Origin: Candidatus Woesearchaeota archaeon
Lineage (GTDB): Archaea > Nanobdellota > Nanobdellia > Woesearchaeales > UBA583
Reading direction: 5' to 3'
DNA length: 64,000 nucleotides
Assembly (NCBI GenBank): GCA_965205335.1
Contig: OZ242164.1
Coordinates: forward strand, 1,056,001 to 1,120,000
Shown: positions 29,803-38,896 of the stretch, one piece after another
Layout: the number at the start of each line of letters is the position of its first letter
Numbering within the stretch: position 1 is the first letter of the stretch
Made by a program: the position numbers and the translations under genes
The notes under the pieces: generated by a model
Database searches by the model: none
Seen by the model: only the letters and a program-made list of their open reading frames with translations
Told to the model about the DNA's origin: nothing

Positions 29803-30306
29803 ATGAATAATTTAGCTCAGTCTTCGTTTGAGTATTTGAGTATTTTAGGAACGGCTTTTGGGATTATTATTTTGGTCGGAGGGGCATTTGTTGTGTATTC
29901 AAATGATGCTAAGTCAACGTTTGATTTTTCGCAGATTAGTTATGTTGGAGATGAGTTAATTGATAATGTGCATCAAGTTTATTTTTTAGGCAGGGGAAAT
30001 AAGTTTCTTATGAATGCTAAGTTCCCTTTAGGAATTGATAATTTAACTATTATTCATATTAATAAGTCAGGAACACAGATTGATTATTTTAACTTTTCGT
30101 TTATAACAGGCGATGGGTTTTTGCTTAATGAGATAGTTATAGCAGATGAGACATATATTAGGTTTGATTGCACGGATTGTTATAATTCAACGCCAGTTGG
30201 AGGGAATTGGACTTCATGGTATGAGCCTTCGGATTATGGTAAGGGACCTAAGAAGATTTCAATTGAGTCAAAAGGAGATTGGGTAAGTGTTGATTTTATT
30301 GATTGA
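29803..30306 (+). CDS. minor type IV pilin-like protein
   Basis: LA|QSSFEYLSILG signal peptide. Confidence 0.8.
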   Translation: MNNLAQSSFEYLSILGTAFGIIILVGGAFVVYSNDAKSTFDFSQISYVGDELIDNVHQVYFLGRGNKFLMNAKFPLGIDNLTIIHINKSGTQIDYFNFSFITGDGFLLNEIVIADETYIRFDCTDCYNSTPVGGNWTSWYEPSDYGKGPKKISIESKGDWVSVDFID

Positions 30307-30380
30307 GTGGTTTTAATGTCTGGGTTTTAGTTCTGGTTAAAATTTAGAACAGAGTTTAAAAACAATAGATTTATAGAATT

Positions 30381-30626
30381 ATGAATATTTTAGATTATCC
30401 AAGATTAGATACTATTCTTATGGTAGAAGAAACTCTAAAGAACTTAGACTTTTACCTAACTAAAAGAGAGTTATGGCAAAAATTACCAAAAAAGGTTCAG
30501 TACCAAACATTTAGCATAATTATTGATTATCTTATGAAATCCAACAAAATCATGATTGAGAAAAGAAGGATTATCTGGATATTTAACCCCAACCTGACTA
30601 AAAAATCTGTTGAAATTAATGCATAA
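30381..30626 (+). CDS. putative antitoxin (small wHTH-like)
   Basis: YPRLDTILMVE...LW..LPKKV.YQT; directly upstream of a RelE-like gene. Confidence 0.6.
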   Translation: MNILDYPRLDTILMVEETLKNLDFYLTKRELWQKLPKKVQYQTFSIIIDYLMKSNKIMIEKRRIIWIFNPNLTKKSVEINA

Positions 30627-30628
30627 GA

Positions 30629-30974
30629 ATGATTAAAAGAGAAGAGAAAAAAGAATTTAAAGTTAAATTTATTGATAATTCTCTAAATGAAAGTTTAAAA
30701 AAATTAAAAAACGGCAATTCATCGGAAGTCTTCTTGTACAATTTAATTATTGGAGGAATCAAACATATTAAAGAAAATCCAAGAGATTCAATTATTGTTA
30801 AAAAGAAACAAATTCCTAAAATATATATATAAAAAATACAAAATTGATAATCTAAGGCTCCTCAAACTAAATCAAAATTGGAGAATTGTTTATACTATTG
30901 CTTCTGACGAGATAGAGATAATTAGCATTGTACTTGAATGGCTAAATCATAAAAGTTATGAAAAAAAGATTTAA
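30629..30974 (+). pseudogene. RelE/ParE-like toxin, frameshifted
   Basis: ...KQIPKIYI then, in another frame, KKYKIDNL...WRIVYTI...EW.NHK.YE; shift inside ATATATATAT at about 30821-30830. Confidence 0.7.
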
Positions 30975-31025
30975 TTATAGAGTAAAATAAGATTTTAAGT
31001 TTTATGTAACCTACAACAATAGAGA

Positions 31026-31478
31026 TTATAACATCTTTGTAATGAGTTCACCTATTTTATCTCCTCTATCACCTAATACTCCCTTTTTAGCATAAGGCAT
31101 TTTTATACCTCCTTTTTCAAATCCGCCAATTGGAGGGTGCAACCTGAAAAATGGTTTTATTTTGTATAGGGATTCAAAGTCTCTTAGTTTAACTTTTCCC
31201 TCAAAGTAATCTTTTGCAATTTTTTCGGTGTCAATTTGAACATCTGATTTGCCTACACTCTGAACTCTTCTGTCAAGCATTTCTTTGTATGTGCTTTCAT
31301 CAATTGCACCATAAGTTATATGATCTTTAACTTTATCAATCATCCCTCTGTTTTCATGAGTATCATCTAAAACAGAACATGCATGCTTTTGTTTTAATCT
31401 TAAGTATTCAAGTGTTTTCTTTTTTTCATATGATAAATTAACCATCCCACGAACTAATATTACTGCTATTTTATTCAT
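31026..31478 (-). CDS. rpl30p: 50S ribosomal protein L30 (uL30)
   Basis: AVILVRG, TL.YLRL, FRLHPP.GGFE. Confidence 0.95.
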   Translation of the reverse strand: MNKIAVILVRGMVNLSYEKKKTLEYLRLKQKHACSVLDDTHENRGMIDKVKDHITYGAIDESTYKEMLDRRVQSVGKSDVQIDTEKIAKDYFEGKVKLRDFESLYKIKPFFRLHPPIGGFEKGGIKMPYAKKGVLGDRGDKIGELITKML

Positions 31479-32256
31479 CTTTACTTCCCTCTCTTATGCC
31501 ACGATTTTCCACAACGGATGGCATCAGTTTTATTTTCTGTAATTGTTTTAATGCATTAAAACTTGCTTTAACTAAATTGTTCTTGTTCTTAGTAGAACCA
31601 AGCGTTTTTGACCATACATCTTTAATTCCTGCAAGTTCAAGCATTTTTTTAAGTTCTGATTCAACAACTAAACCCGTTCCTTTTGGTGCTGGCATTAGTC
31701 TTACTTTTACAGAGCCTGATTTTCCTTCAACTGCAAACGGAATTGAATGAGCGGTTCCACAGAAACAATCCCAATCACCACAGCCTCTTCTAATCATAAT
31801 TAAATTTTTCTTAGCTGATTTCACTGCTTTTTCTCTTGATGGAACTGTTTCTCTTGCCTTGCCAAACCCAAGCCCAACTACTCCGTTTTTGTTCCCCGAA
31901 AGAGTAATCATGGCAAAACTCATTTGTGGACCTTCCCTTGTTACTTTTTGTGTAGCTTTTGAGATTCTTCTTTTTCCACCGCCAAATTTTCCTTTCGCCT
32001 GTCCAACGTTTACAAATTCAGTAATTAGATTTGGAACTAATACTTCTGTAATTTCTTCTTCTATTATTTGTTCTCCAGATTTAATCACATCATCAATTGT
32101 TGAGTATTTACCTGCAAGAACTTCTTTTCCTAATTTGGTTTTTGGATTCCAAACTTTTTTTTCAACTTCTTCCCGAGGTCTTTCGCGTCGATAGTCTCTT
32201 CTTTTATTTCTGTCTCTGTTCATTTTAGAGTTCTTATAATTGTTTTCTCTTATCAT
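31471..32256 (-). CDS. rps5p: 30S ribosomal protein S5 (uS5)
   Basis: WNPKTKLG, RRGCG.W, PAPKGTGLV, AGIKDVWS. Confidence 0.97.
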   Translation of the reverse strand: MIRENNYKNSKMNRDRNKRRDYRRERPREEVEKKVWNPKTKLGKEVLAGKYSTIDDVIKSGEQIIEEEITEVLVPNLITEFVNVGQAKGKFGGGKRRISKATQKVTREGPQMSFAMITLSGNKNGVVGLGFGKARETVPSREKAVKSAKKNLIMIRRGCGDWDCFCGTAHSIPFAVEGKSGSVKVRLMPAPKGTGLVVESELKKMLELAGIKDVWSKTLGSTKNKNNLVKASFNALKQLQKIKLMPSVVENRGIREGSKDE

Positions 32257-32273
32257 TTTTAAAATTTATTATC

Positions 32274-32798
32274 TCATTTAACCTCTTTTATTGCTTGTTT
32301 TGTTTTCTCTATTATTCCCGATGCATCTTTTGTAGGTAAGTGAGTACCATTTAATCTCTCTTCTGACGGAAATACTGTTTGGGATGCTCTGATTTTAACT
32401 CCTGAATCTTTAATGCCTTTAACTGCAGCATATAATCTCCCACCATAAGAAGAGGAGTTTTGAAGTCCAAAGTCAACAATTATTTCTTCTTTTAAGTTTA
32501 GTTTCTGTGCTTTCATTCCAGCTAAGTAACCTGTTAAGTAAGATGCAACTAAGTTCCCTGTATTTAAACTGTATCCCAATTTCTTTAAATCAACTGCTTT
32601 AGAACTTAGTAACACTTTATCTCCTTTTTGAGAGTATGAGACAAACTGCACAAGCATATTTTTATTTGAGGAGCGGATTACTGCTCTTATCATATTGCTT
32701 TTAAGAAGTTTTAGTCGCAGGGAGTAATTAGTCCTTTGTCTTATTCTTCGGTTAAATCTAAAAATCCTGTTTTTGTTTATGTTTCTTGCCATGTTCAC
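32274..32798 (-). CDS. rpl18p: 50S ribosomal protein L18 (uL18)
   Basis: TNY..RLKLLKS, N..ASYLTG, AAVKG..DSG. Confidence 0.95.
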   Translation of the reverse strand: MNMARNINKNRIFRFNRRIRQRTNYSLRLKLLKSNMIRAVIRSSNKNMLVQFVSYSQKGDKVLLSSKAVDLKKLGYSLNTGNLVASYLTGYLAGMKAQKLNLKEEIIVDFGLQNSSSYGGRLYAAVKGIKDSGVKIRASQTVFPSEERLNGTHLPTKDASGIIEKTKQAIKEVK

Positions 32799-33265
32799 TT
32801 CACCTCCTCTTTTGTACTTAGCATATTGTTTTGTTCAATGTACAGATTTATGTGCCTTTTATCTCTAAAGAAGTTTCCCTTGGATTTCTTGTATAGTTCT
32901 CTGTATGTTTTTTTGTCTAATTTTCCTGAGTCTTTTAGATTTTTCAGGTATGCTCTTAGGGATCTGATTTTAATCATCCATTTTTTTTTGTCACCAAATC
33001 TTGCGTTTGCAGTTCCTTTCCTTTTTCCATGCCCAGATCTTCTGCCCTTTGCTTTCTGGGTTGCAATGTGATTCGCTCTGGTTCTCGAATTCCCTCTTTT
33101 AGGCTTTAGGATAATTGCTTTTTGGGAGATTAAATCTTTAACGCCTTCTCTTGAGATTAATTCTTTGAGATCTTTTTTATTGTCATTGGTTATATTAAAT
33201 TTAATTCTCTTTTTTGATGCTCCAAGAGCTCTTGACACAAGTTCTTTTTGTTTTCTTAGATTCAT
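32795..33265 (-). CDS. rpl19e: 50S ribosomal protein L19e
   Basis: KGRR.G.GKRKG, W...IR.LR, YR.LY...KG. Confidence 0.96.
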   Translation of the reverse strand: MNLRKQKELVSRALGASKKRIKFNITNDNKKDLKELISREGVKDLISQKAIILKPKRGNSRTRANHIATQKAKGRRSGHGKRKGTANARFGDKKKWMIKIRSLRAYLKNLKDSGKLDKKTYRELYKKSKGNFFRDKRHINLYIEQNNMLSTKEEVK

Positions 33266-34152
33266 TTTTCAACCTCCTGCGATTTTTTATCAAATTCCTC
33301 TTTTTTCTCCTTGGTTTTATCATCAGACTTAACTTCTTCTTTTTTCTCCTTGGTTTTATCATCAGACTTAACTTCTTCTTTTTCCCCCTTGGTTTTATCA
33401 TCAGACTTAACTTCTTCTTTTTTCTCCTTGGTTTTATCATCAGACTTAACTTCTTCTTTTTTCTCCTTGGTTTTATCATCAGACTTGACTTCTTCTTTTT
33501 TCTCCTTGGTTTTATCATCAGACTTGACTTCTTCTTTTTTCTCCTTGGTTTTATCATCAGACTTGACTTCTTCTTTTTTCTCCTTGGTTTTATCATCAGA
33601 CTTGACTTCTTCTTTTTTCTCCTTGGTTTTATCATCAGACTTGACTTCTTCTTTTTCCCCCTTGGTTTTATCATCAGACTTAACTTCTGATTTCTTTTCC
33701 TCTTTGGTTTTCTCTTTCTTGTCTTTTTTCTCTTTTGGAGTTTTTGTTAAATCCTTTATTGCCTTTTCAATATCTTTAATGTTTGAGATGGTTAGTTTAA
33801 CTTCTTTTGCTTTTTTTAATATCTCTAATTTCTTCTTTTTACCAACAGTTCTTGATATAACTGCTGTTTGGGTTTTTGGGTTGATATTTGCTAAGTCTTT
33901 TGGATTTGAGATAATAACTTCTGATAATCCTTTTTTGTTTAAGCCATATGCTTCTTTTGGTGAGCCAAAACCAACCTGAGGCATTGAAGGTTTGCCTCTT
34001 CTACCTCTTCTAACTTTATTGCCCATTCCTTTTGGTCTTCTCCATTTAGGAAAAGATAGTTTGGGAAATTGACGGGCTTGTACTCTTTTATATTTTGGTT
34101 TTCTACTCTTTAATGCATTTCTTATTTTCAAAGCTAATTTTATATCTGTCAT
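33262..34152 (-). CDS. rpl32e: 50S ribosomal protein L32e with long repetitive C-terminal tail
   Basis: KWRRPKG..NK.R, P.VGFGSP; ATG 34152 after GGAGGT. Confidence 0.93.
   Translation of the reverse strand: MTDIKLALKIRNALKSRKPKYKRVQARQFPKLSFPKWRRPKGMGNKVRRGRRGKPSMPQVGFGSPKEAYGLNKKGLSEVIISNPKDLANINPKTQTAVISRTVGKKKKLEILKKAKEVKLTISNIKDIEKAIKDLTKTPKEKKDKKEKTKEEKKSEVKSDDKTKGEKEEVKSDDKTKEKKEEVKSDDKTKEKKEEVKSDDKTKEKKEEVKSDDKTKEKKEEVKSDDKTKEKKEEVKSDDKTKEKKEEVKSDDKTKGEKEEVKSDDKTKEKKEEVKSDDKTKEKKEEFDKKSQEVEK
33298..33687 (-). repeat. 10 x 39-bp coding tandem repeat (EEVKSDDKTKEKK)
   Basis: tcatcagact recurs every 39 bp, ten times. Confidence 0.97.
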
Positions 34153-34153
34153 T

Positions 34154-34732
34154 TTATACATACCTCCTGTGAGGTTTTTCCACAATGAAAATACCATCCT
34201 GAATTACTCTTCTGTCAAAATGTGTGATTCTTGTTGATTGTTCAAGTAATGCCGCAACTTGTCCAACTCTTTCTTTATCAATTCCTGAAACTGTGATGTC
34301 TTTTGATTTGACTTCAACTTTCACATCCTGAGGCAATTTAACAATTCTTGGAACTTTTTCCCCTAAGAGATTTTTTACAATGAATTCATTTCCTTTAACT
34401 TCAACGCTCATAGGAAACTTAGCATATACAACTGATAGTTTGTATTCAAATCCTTCTGTAACTCCTTTAATAATGTTATTTATATGTGCTCTGTATGTGA
34501 AAATAATTCTTTTTTCTCTTTTGGTTAATATCTTTGTTTCAATAATAATTTTGTTATTTTCAACTTTTATATGAACTCTTGGATACCTTAATTTCCTTGA
34601 AATTTCACCTTTAGGACCTGTTATCGTTAATTCATTGTTTTCATATTTAGCACTAACTCCCTCTGGCATATCAATTTCCTGTGTTAAGGTTTTCCAGATT
34701 TTCTTTTTTGTTTGAATTTTTTGGTCAGTCAT
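34154..34732 (-). CDS. rpl6p: 50S ribosomal protein L6 (uL6)
   Basis: GPKGE, KGVTEGF.Y, N.LGEK.PR, DRRV.QDGI. Confidence 0.96.
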   Translation of the reverse strand: MTDQKIQTKKKIWKTLTQEIDMPEGVSAKYENNELTITGPKGEISRKLRYPRVHIKVENNKIIIETKILTKREKRIIFTYRAHINNIIKGVTEGFEYKLSVVYAKFPMSVEVKGNEFIVKNLLGEKVPRIVKLPQDVKVEVKSKDITVSGIDKERVGQVAALLEQSTRITHFDRRVIQDGIFIVEKPHRRYV

Positions 34733-34742
34733 TTTCAAATAT

Positions 34743-35132
34743 TTAGTAACAGTATGCAACTAATGTACCTCCAATATGTGTTTCTTTTGCCTGTTTTTGA
34801 GTTATAAGTCCCTGATTTGTTGAAATCAGAAGAACCCCGAAATCTTTTGCTGGCAGGAATCTTCGTTCATAGGCTTCAAGCTCATTAATTTTTACAGGAA
34901 ATCTTGGTTTAATAACTCCACATTTGTTTATAGTGCCAACTAAATTAACCTCAATTAAACCCCCTCTTCCATCCTCATGTATTTCATAAGAGCCAATATA
35001 ACCATTTTCTTTAAGTGCATTTAAAATGCTTAGTATGAATTTTGATTTTCTTAAAGTAACTTTCTTGTTTAAAGCCTTAACTGCATTATTTATTTTTGAT
35101 AGTGAGTCTGCTAATTGATCGTTTAGTGTCAT
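34743..35132 (-). CDS. rps8p: 30S ribosomal protein S8 (uS8)
   Basis: INKCGVIKPRF, LPAKDFG...IST. Confidence 0.97.
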   Translation of the reverse strand: MTLNDQLADSLSKINNAVKALNKKVTLRKSKFILSILNALKENGYIGSYEIHEDGRGGLIEVNLVGTINKCGVIKPRFPVKINELEAYERRFLPAKDFGVLLISTNQGLITQKQAKETHIGGTLVAYCY

Positions 35133-35176
35133 TTTAATAATTCACCTCCTTAATTTTTGATTGCATTTTTTCTACC

Positions 35177-35407
35177 TCAATTTAATTTTTTAAACCCTAA
35201 TTTTGTTGCATTTAGCCTAAAACATTGTCTGCAAATTCTTAATCCAAACTGTAGCATAACACTTCTTGTTGTTCCACAGAAATCACATTTGGTAATTCCT
35301 CTCCCAAATTTTCTATCTTTTGGAGCATTATGTTTTTTATATTTTCTCCACTTGGCAGGTTTATTTTTCAACTGGGTTTTTGCTTTTGTATAATCTTTTG
35401 AAGTCAT
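35177..35407 (-). CDS. rps14p: 30S ribosomal protein S14 (Zn-binding) with N-terminal extension
   Basis: CDFCG...ICRQCFR...LGFKK. Confidence 0.95.
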   Translation of the reverse strand: MTSKDYTKAKTQLKNKPAKWRKYKKHNAPKDRKFGRGITKCDFCGTTRSVMLQFGLRICRQCFRLNATKLGFKKLN

Positions 35408-35408
35408 T

Positions 35409-35933
35409 TTATATTACCTCCGCCTCAAAGTTCTGGTTTAGGTATGAGATTACCTCATCCTGAGTTACTTTATGTCTTTTTGGGATTCTTGCAGGTCTTA
35501 GTCCTCTGGATTTAATTCTGAATCCACTTCTTGCAAATGTAACCATAACCTCAAAGCCCATAATTCCTATGTCTGCATCGTATTTAATTCCTGATAATTC
35601 CAAGTACTCCTCAAATCCAATTGAAAAGTTTCCGTATGTGTCAAGTGATGATGCTTTTAATGTTTTTCCCCGTGAATTTAATATCCATTTGAGAAATTTT
35701 TTTGCTTCATCTCCTCTTAGGGTTACTTTGTATCCAATTGGAAGACCTGGTCTTATCTGCCAAGTTGCAAGTCTTTTTTTTGCAACATTTTTAACAGGTG
35801 TTTTTTCAGTCAGTTTTTTTAATAGTCTTTCGGCTCTTTGCATACCCTGTTTATCGTTCCCAACGCATACATTGACTGTAACTTTTTCAAGAAAGATATT
35901 TTTCATAGAGTTTGTTTTATTTTCTGATGCCAT
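35409..35933 (-). CDS. rpl5p: 50S ribosomal protein L5 (uL5)
   Basis: KVTVN..VG, PIG.KVTLRG, GNFS.G, YD..IGI.G. Confidence 0.96.
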   Translation of the reverse strand: MASENKTNSMKNIFLEKVTVNVCVGNDKQGMQRAERLLKKLTEKTPVKNVAKKRLATWQIRPGLPIGYKVTLRGDEAKKFLKWILNSRGKTLKASSLDTYGNFSIGFEEYLELSGIKYDADIGIMGFEVMVTFARSGFRIKSRGLRPARIPKRHKVTQDEVISYLNQNFEAEVI

Positions 35934-35934
35934 T

Positions 35935-36651
35935 TTAATTAAACTTCTTTAAATCCTCCTCTTTAATTCCAACTACATAACAGTAATCTTTTGCTGTTGT
36001 GTGTACTTCTTTATTTATTTCAAGAGAAACTGCATCTCTTGTGATTCCATTGTAGTTTATGAAATTTTTAATTTTTCCAAACCTGCCCCGGAATTTACCG
36101 TCAAATATATACACAAATGAATCTTCTTTAAGGCTTAGGATATCTGATATTTTCTTTTTGGAATAGTCATAAACCACCGTACCATTAACAGATACTTTTT
36201 TGAAGTCTTTTTCTGAAACTAATGTGTTGTATCCGTTCATAAAATTCAACTGGAATTTTTTCCCTGATGTAATTGTCTTGTTTGTGACTTTTAAATAAAT
36301 CAAGTTATCTTTTGCTTCAATTAGTTTTAGTCTGCCAAATGTGTCAAATAGAACAGTAAATTTCTCTTTGGTTTTTGAGATTTCAAATGTGTCAAATATA
36401 CCAACTGCTGTTTTGATGTCTGAGATTTTTCTGCCGTTTACAAGTATTTCATCATTGTGTACTATGTGTTTTACTTCTTTGCCTATCTGAGCGTAACTTA
36501 AGACATCTCTTAGTAATACTAAAACAGATGTTATGTATTTTAGTTTGTGTGAACCTGCTCTTGGTTTTGAAATAAATGTGATATTTTTTCTTTTAATAGG
36601 CCATGAACTTGGCATATTGCTTCTTTTTAAATGTCTGCTATTGCTTGCCAT
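35935..36651 (-). CDS. rps4e: 30S ribosomal protein S4e
   Basis: HLKR...P.SWPI.RK, P.AG.H, LRD.L. Confidence 0.95.
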   Translation of the reverse strand: MASNSRHLKRSNMPSSWPIKRKNITFISKPRAGSHKLKYITSVLVLLRDVLSYAQIGKEVKHIVHNDEILVNGRKISDIKTAVGIFDTFEISKTKEKFTVLFDTFGRLKLIEAKDNLIYLKVTNKTITSGKKFQLNFMNGYNTLVSEKDFKKVSVNGTVVYDYSKKKISDILSLKEDSFVYIFDGKFRGRFGKIKNFINYNGITRDAVSLEINKEVHTTAKDYCYVVGIKEEDLKKFN

Positions 36652-36652
36652 T

Positions 36653-37054
36653 TTATTTTTTAGCCTCCTTTTTTTTGAATTTTCCTAATTTGTCTGCTCT
36701 TGCTTTATCTGATAAATCAAGTTTTGTAATCATTAGATTCGAAGGGTGAACAGGATACATTGCATCTGAGCCATCACGCCTTTTAACTGTCACTTTGTCA
36801 ATGTAGATTTTTAATTTTGATAATGAGACTCTTGAAACTTTGCCACTTAAATCTTTGAACTGTCCTGCCATAACTCTTACTGTATCTCCTTTTCTTACTG
36901 GAACTGATCTTGTGTTATATTCTTTTCTAAGTTCTTTTGATAGTGACGCCCCAATTAGTCTGTGTTTTATGTGTAGGGGAGATTTGAAAATGTATTTTCT
37001 TTGTTTTCTTTTTTGAGATGACGCCTTCCACTCTTTTGACCATAATTTTTTCAT
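36653..37054 (-). CDS. rpl24p: 50S ribosomal protein L24 (uL24)
   Basis: RKQRK, LSKELR, VRKGDTV.VM.G, HPSNL.I. Confidence 0.96.
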   Translation of the reverse strand: MKKLWSKEWKASSQKRKQRKYIFKSPLHIKHRLIGASLSKELRKEYNTRSVPVRKGDTVRVMAGQFKDLSGKVSRVSLSKLKIYIDKVTVKRRDGSDAMYPVHPSNLMITKLDLSDKARADKLGKFKKKEAKK

Positions 37055-37067
37055 ATTCTTTTCATCC

Positions 37068-37472
37068 CTATACGACTATGTTAGCAATTCTTGCAACCGC
37101 TGGAAATCTTTCTCCAACTTCTTTTGCAATTGCTCCTTTTATAATTGTTCCTCTTGGACCTGCAGATTTTTCATCTTTTAGAATTATAGCACCATTTGAT
37201 TCAAACTTTAAGGTTTGTCCGTTTGGTCTTTTGAATTCCTGTTTCTGACGAACAATTACACATTTTACAACATTATGCTTTATGTCCGGCTTTCCTTTGA
37301 CAACATTTGCTGTAACTATATCTCCAACCCCTGCATTTTCAAGTTGTCTTTTAACTGTCTTATATCCTTTAACGGAGATTATCTTAATTACTTTAGCTCC
37401 TGAGTTATCAACAACTTCAACATTTGCTCCAATCGGAAGCCCTCTTGAGCAGTTTCTTTTAATTGCCTTCAT
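37068..37472 (-). CDS. rpl14p: 50S ribosomal protein L14 (uL14)
   Basis: DNSGAK, AGVGD, IVRQK..F.RP.G. Confidence 0.97.
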   Translation of the reverse strand: MKAIKRNCSRGLPIGANVEVVDNSGAKVIKIISVKGYKTVKRQLENAGVGDIVTANVVKGKPDIKHNVVKCVIVRQKQEFKRPNGQTLKFESNGAIILKDEKSAGPRGTIIKGAIAKEVGERFPAVARIANIVV

Positions 37473-37818
37473 TTTGCTTTTGATCTCCTAAAATTTTCAA
37501 AACAACGAAATGCTTTGTCTTGGATAGGGGTCTGCATTCTCCAATAAGGACAGTATCTCCTTTTTTTGCCAAGATGCTGTCAGGATTATGAGCAGAAACC
37601 TTAGTTCTTTTTTTGAAATACCTATTATATTTTGCATCTTTTACAATTGCATCCCATCCAACTTTTACTGTTCTTCGCATTGAATCTGATACAACAATTC
37701 CTTCAAACATTTTACCTCTAACAGAGAGATTTCCAAAGTAAGGGTCATTTTTATCCTCAGATGTTGTATCCTTCTTTTCTGGTTTGAAATCCACATTATA
37801 TCCTACTGATTTTTTCAT
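37459..37818 (-). CDS. rps17p: 30S ribosomal protein S17 (uS17)
   Basis: G.LSVRG, KY.RY, GECRPLSKTKHFVV. Confidence 0.96.
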   Translation of the reverse strand: MKKSVGYNVDFKPEKKDTTSEDKNDPYFGNLSVRGKMFEGIVVSDSMRRTVKVGWDAIVKDAKYNRYFKKRTKVSAHNPDSILAKKGDTVLIGECRPLSKTKHFVVLKILGDQKQNEGN

Positions 37819-37988
37819 TTTCTTATTTCTATTAATATTGTTATACGCAAAGAAGGTAAATTTTTTATTTATCTACAATAGTAGAATGTATCTTACCTTC
37901 TAACGAAAGTACATTTGAAGTCATATCTGACTTAATTAATGCACTTTAACTTCGCTTTGATAAAAGTCATGATCCGAATCTATTCGGT

Positions 37989-38276
37989 TCATTTTAATTT
38001 TTTTATTCTGTTAGTTAAAGTATTAAAGAGGAGGCGTCCATCTATATATAAAGGTTTGCCCTTTATGGTTGTTTTAAAAACTATGTTTCTTTTAAGAATC
38101 CTACTTGTAAAGCCATTTCCATGAAGTACAAGAAAATTAGCACTTTCATGTATGACTATTCCACTTTTTCCAATCTGATTCGGATTTTTTGATTCAATTA
38201 TTTCAATTCTTGAGCCAACTAATGATTTGTATAGTGCCCCAAACTTAAATTCTTCTTTAACGCTTAAACTACTCAT
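37989..38276 (-). CDS. rnp1: RNase P protein subunit Rpp29 (Pop4)
   Basis: S.NP..IG..G.VI.E; canonical position between SUI1 and S17. Confidence 0.85.
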   Translation of the reverse strand: MSSLSVKEEFKFGALYKSLVGSRIEIIESKNPNQIGKSGIVIHESANFLVLHGNGFTSRILKRNIVFKTTIKGKPLYIDGRLLFNTLTNRIKKLK

Positions 38277-38378
38277 TGCATTATTGTATAAGAGAATATA
38301 TAATATAAAATTTTGTTAGTTAGTTTTAAAGTGAATTATTTACTCTATTCAAGAGTATTCATATAAAAACCTGATTTC

Positions 38379-38702
38379 TTAGGAACTTATATGAATAGAA
38401 TCTTTGTTAAATCCCTCTTTAACTAATATTTCAATTAGAATCTTTGTTTTATCAGTTCGTCCAAATAGAATTTCTAAATTACCTCTTTTAATAGTTCCTG
38501 CAACAGCCATCTTGTTTTTTATAGTTTTTAAGAGTTCTTTCATTTTTGCAGGCTCGCTATCTATTCCAGAGATTACTCCCCAAAATTTGCCATATTTTCT
38601 TCTCTCCACTTTAATTTCTATAAGAGAAACAGTTTTACCCACTTCCTGACAAACACAAAGTTCAGTTGGAAGCCCACAAAAAGCACATGTATTTTCTATC
38701 AT
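38379..38702 (-). CDS. translation initiation factor SUI1 (aIF1)
   Basis: CAFCGLP.ELCVC, RR.YGK, K..MA.AGT.K. Confidence 0.9.
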   Translation of the reverse strand: MIENTCAFCGLPTELCVCQEVGKTVSLIEIKVERRKYGKFWGVISGIDSEPAKMKELLKTIKNKMAVAGTIKRGNLEILFGRTDKTKILIEILVKEGFNKDSIHISS

Positions 38703-38896
38703 CTATATCACTTCGTTATTTAATCTTGTTTTTATTCTTGCAACGTTTCTTCTCACTAATTTAATTCTTGCTTTCTTTTTAAGAGAATCTTCTCCTGCAA
38801 GAGAAGCCGATTGAAGGTTGAATAATTCTTTTTTTAAATCAACTAATAGGGAATCAAGTTCTCCTGATTTTTTTTCATTATTTCTTCTTTTTTCAT
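38703..38896 (-). CDS. rpl29p: 50S ribosomal protein L29 (uL29), 1-nt frameshift in an A8 run
   Basis: MKKEEIMKK, then in another frame KSGELDSLLVDLKKELFNLQ...RRNVARIKTRL; A9 would restore a 64-aa protein; canonical position after S3. Confidence 0.88.

Noticed and set aside
1900-30870. AGG-to-Trp recoding (AGG at usual Trp positions in both transposases and the RelE-like toxin)
   Set aside because: AGG encodes invariant Arg in RpoB' (FASRHG) and RpoA' (NRQP), and TGG is used normally; the cases are all in mobile or decaying genes.
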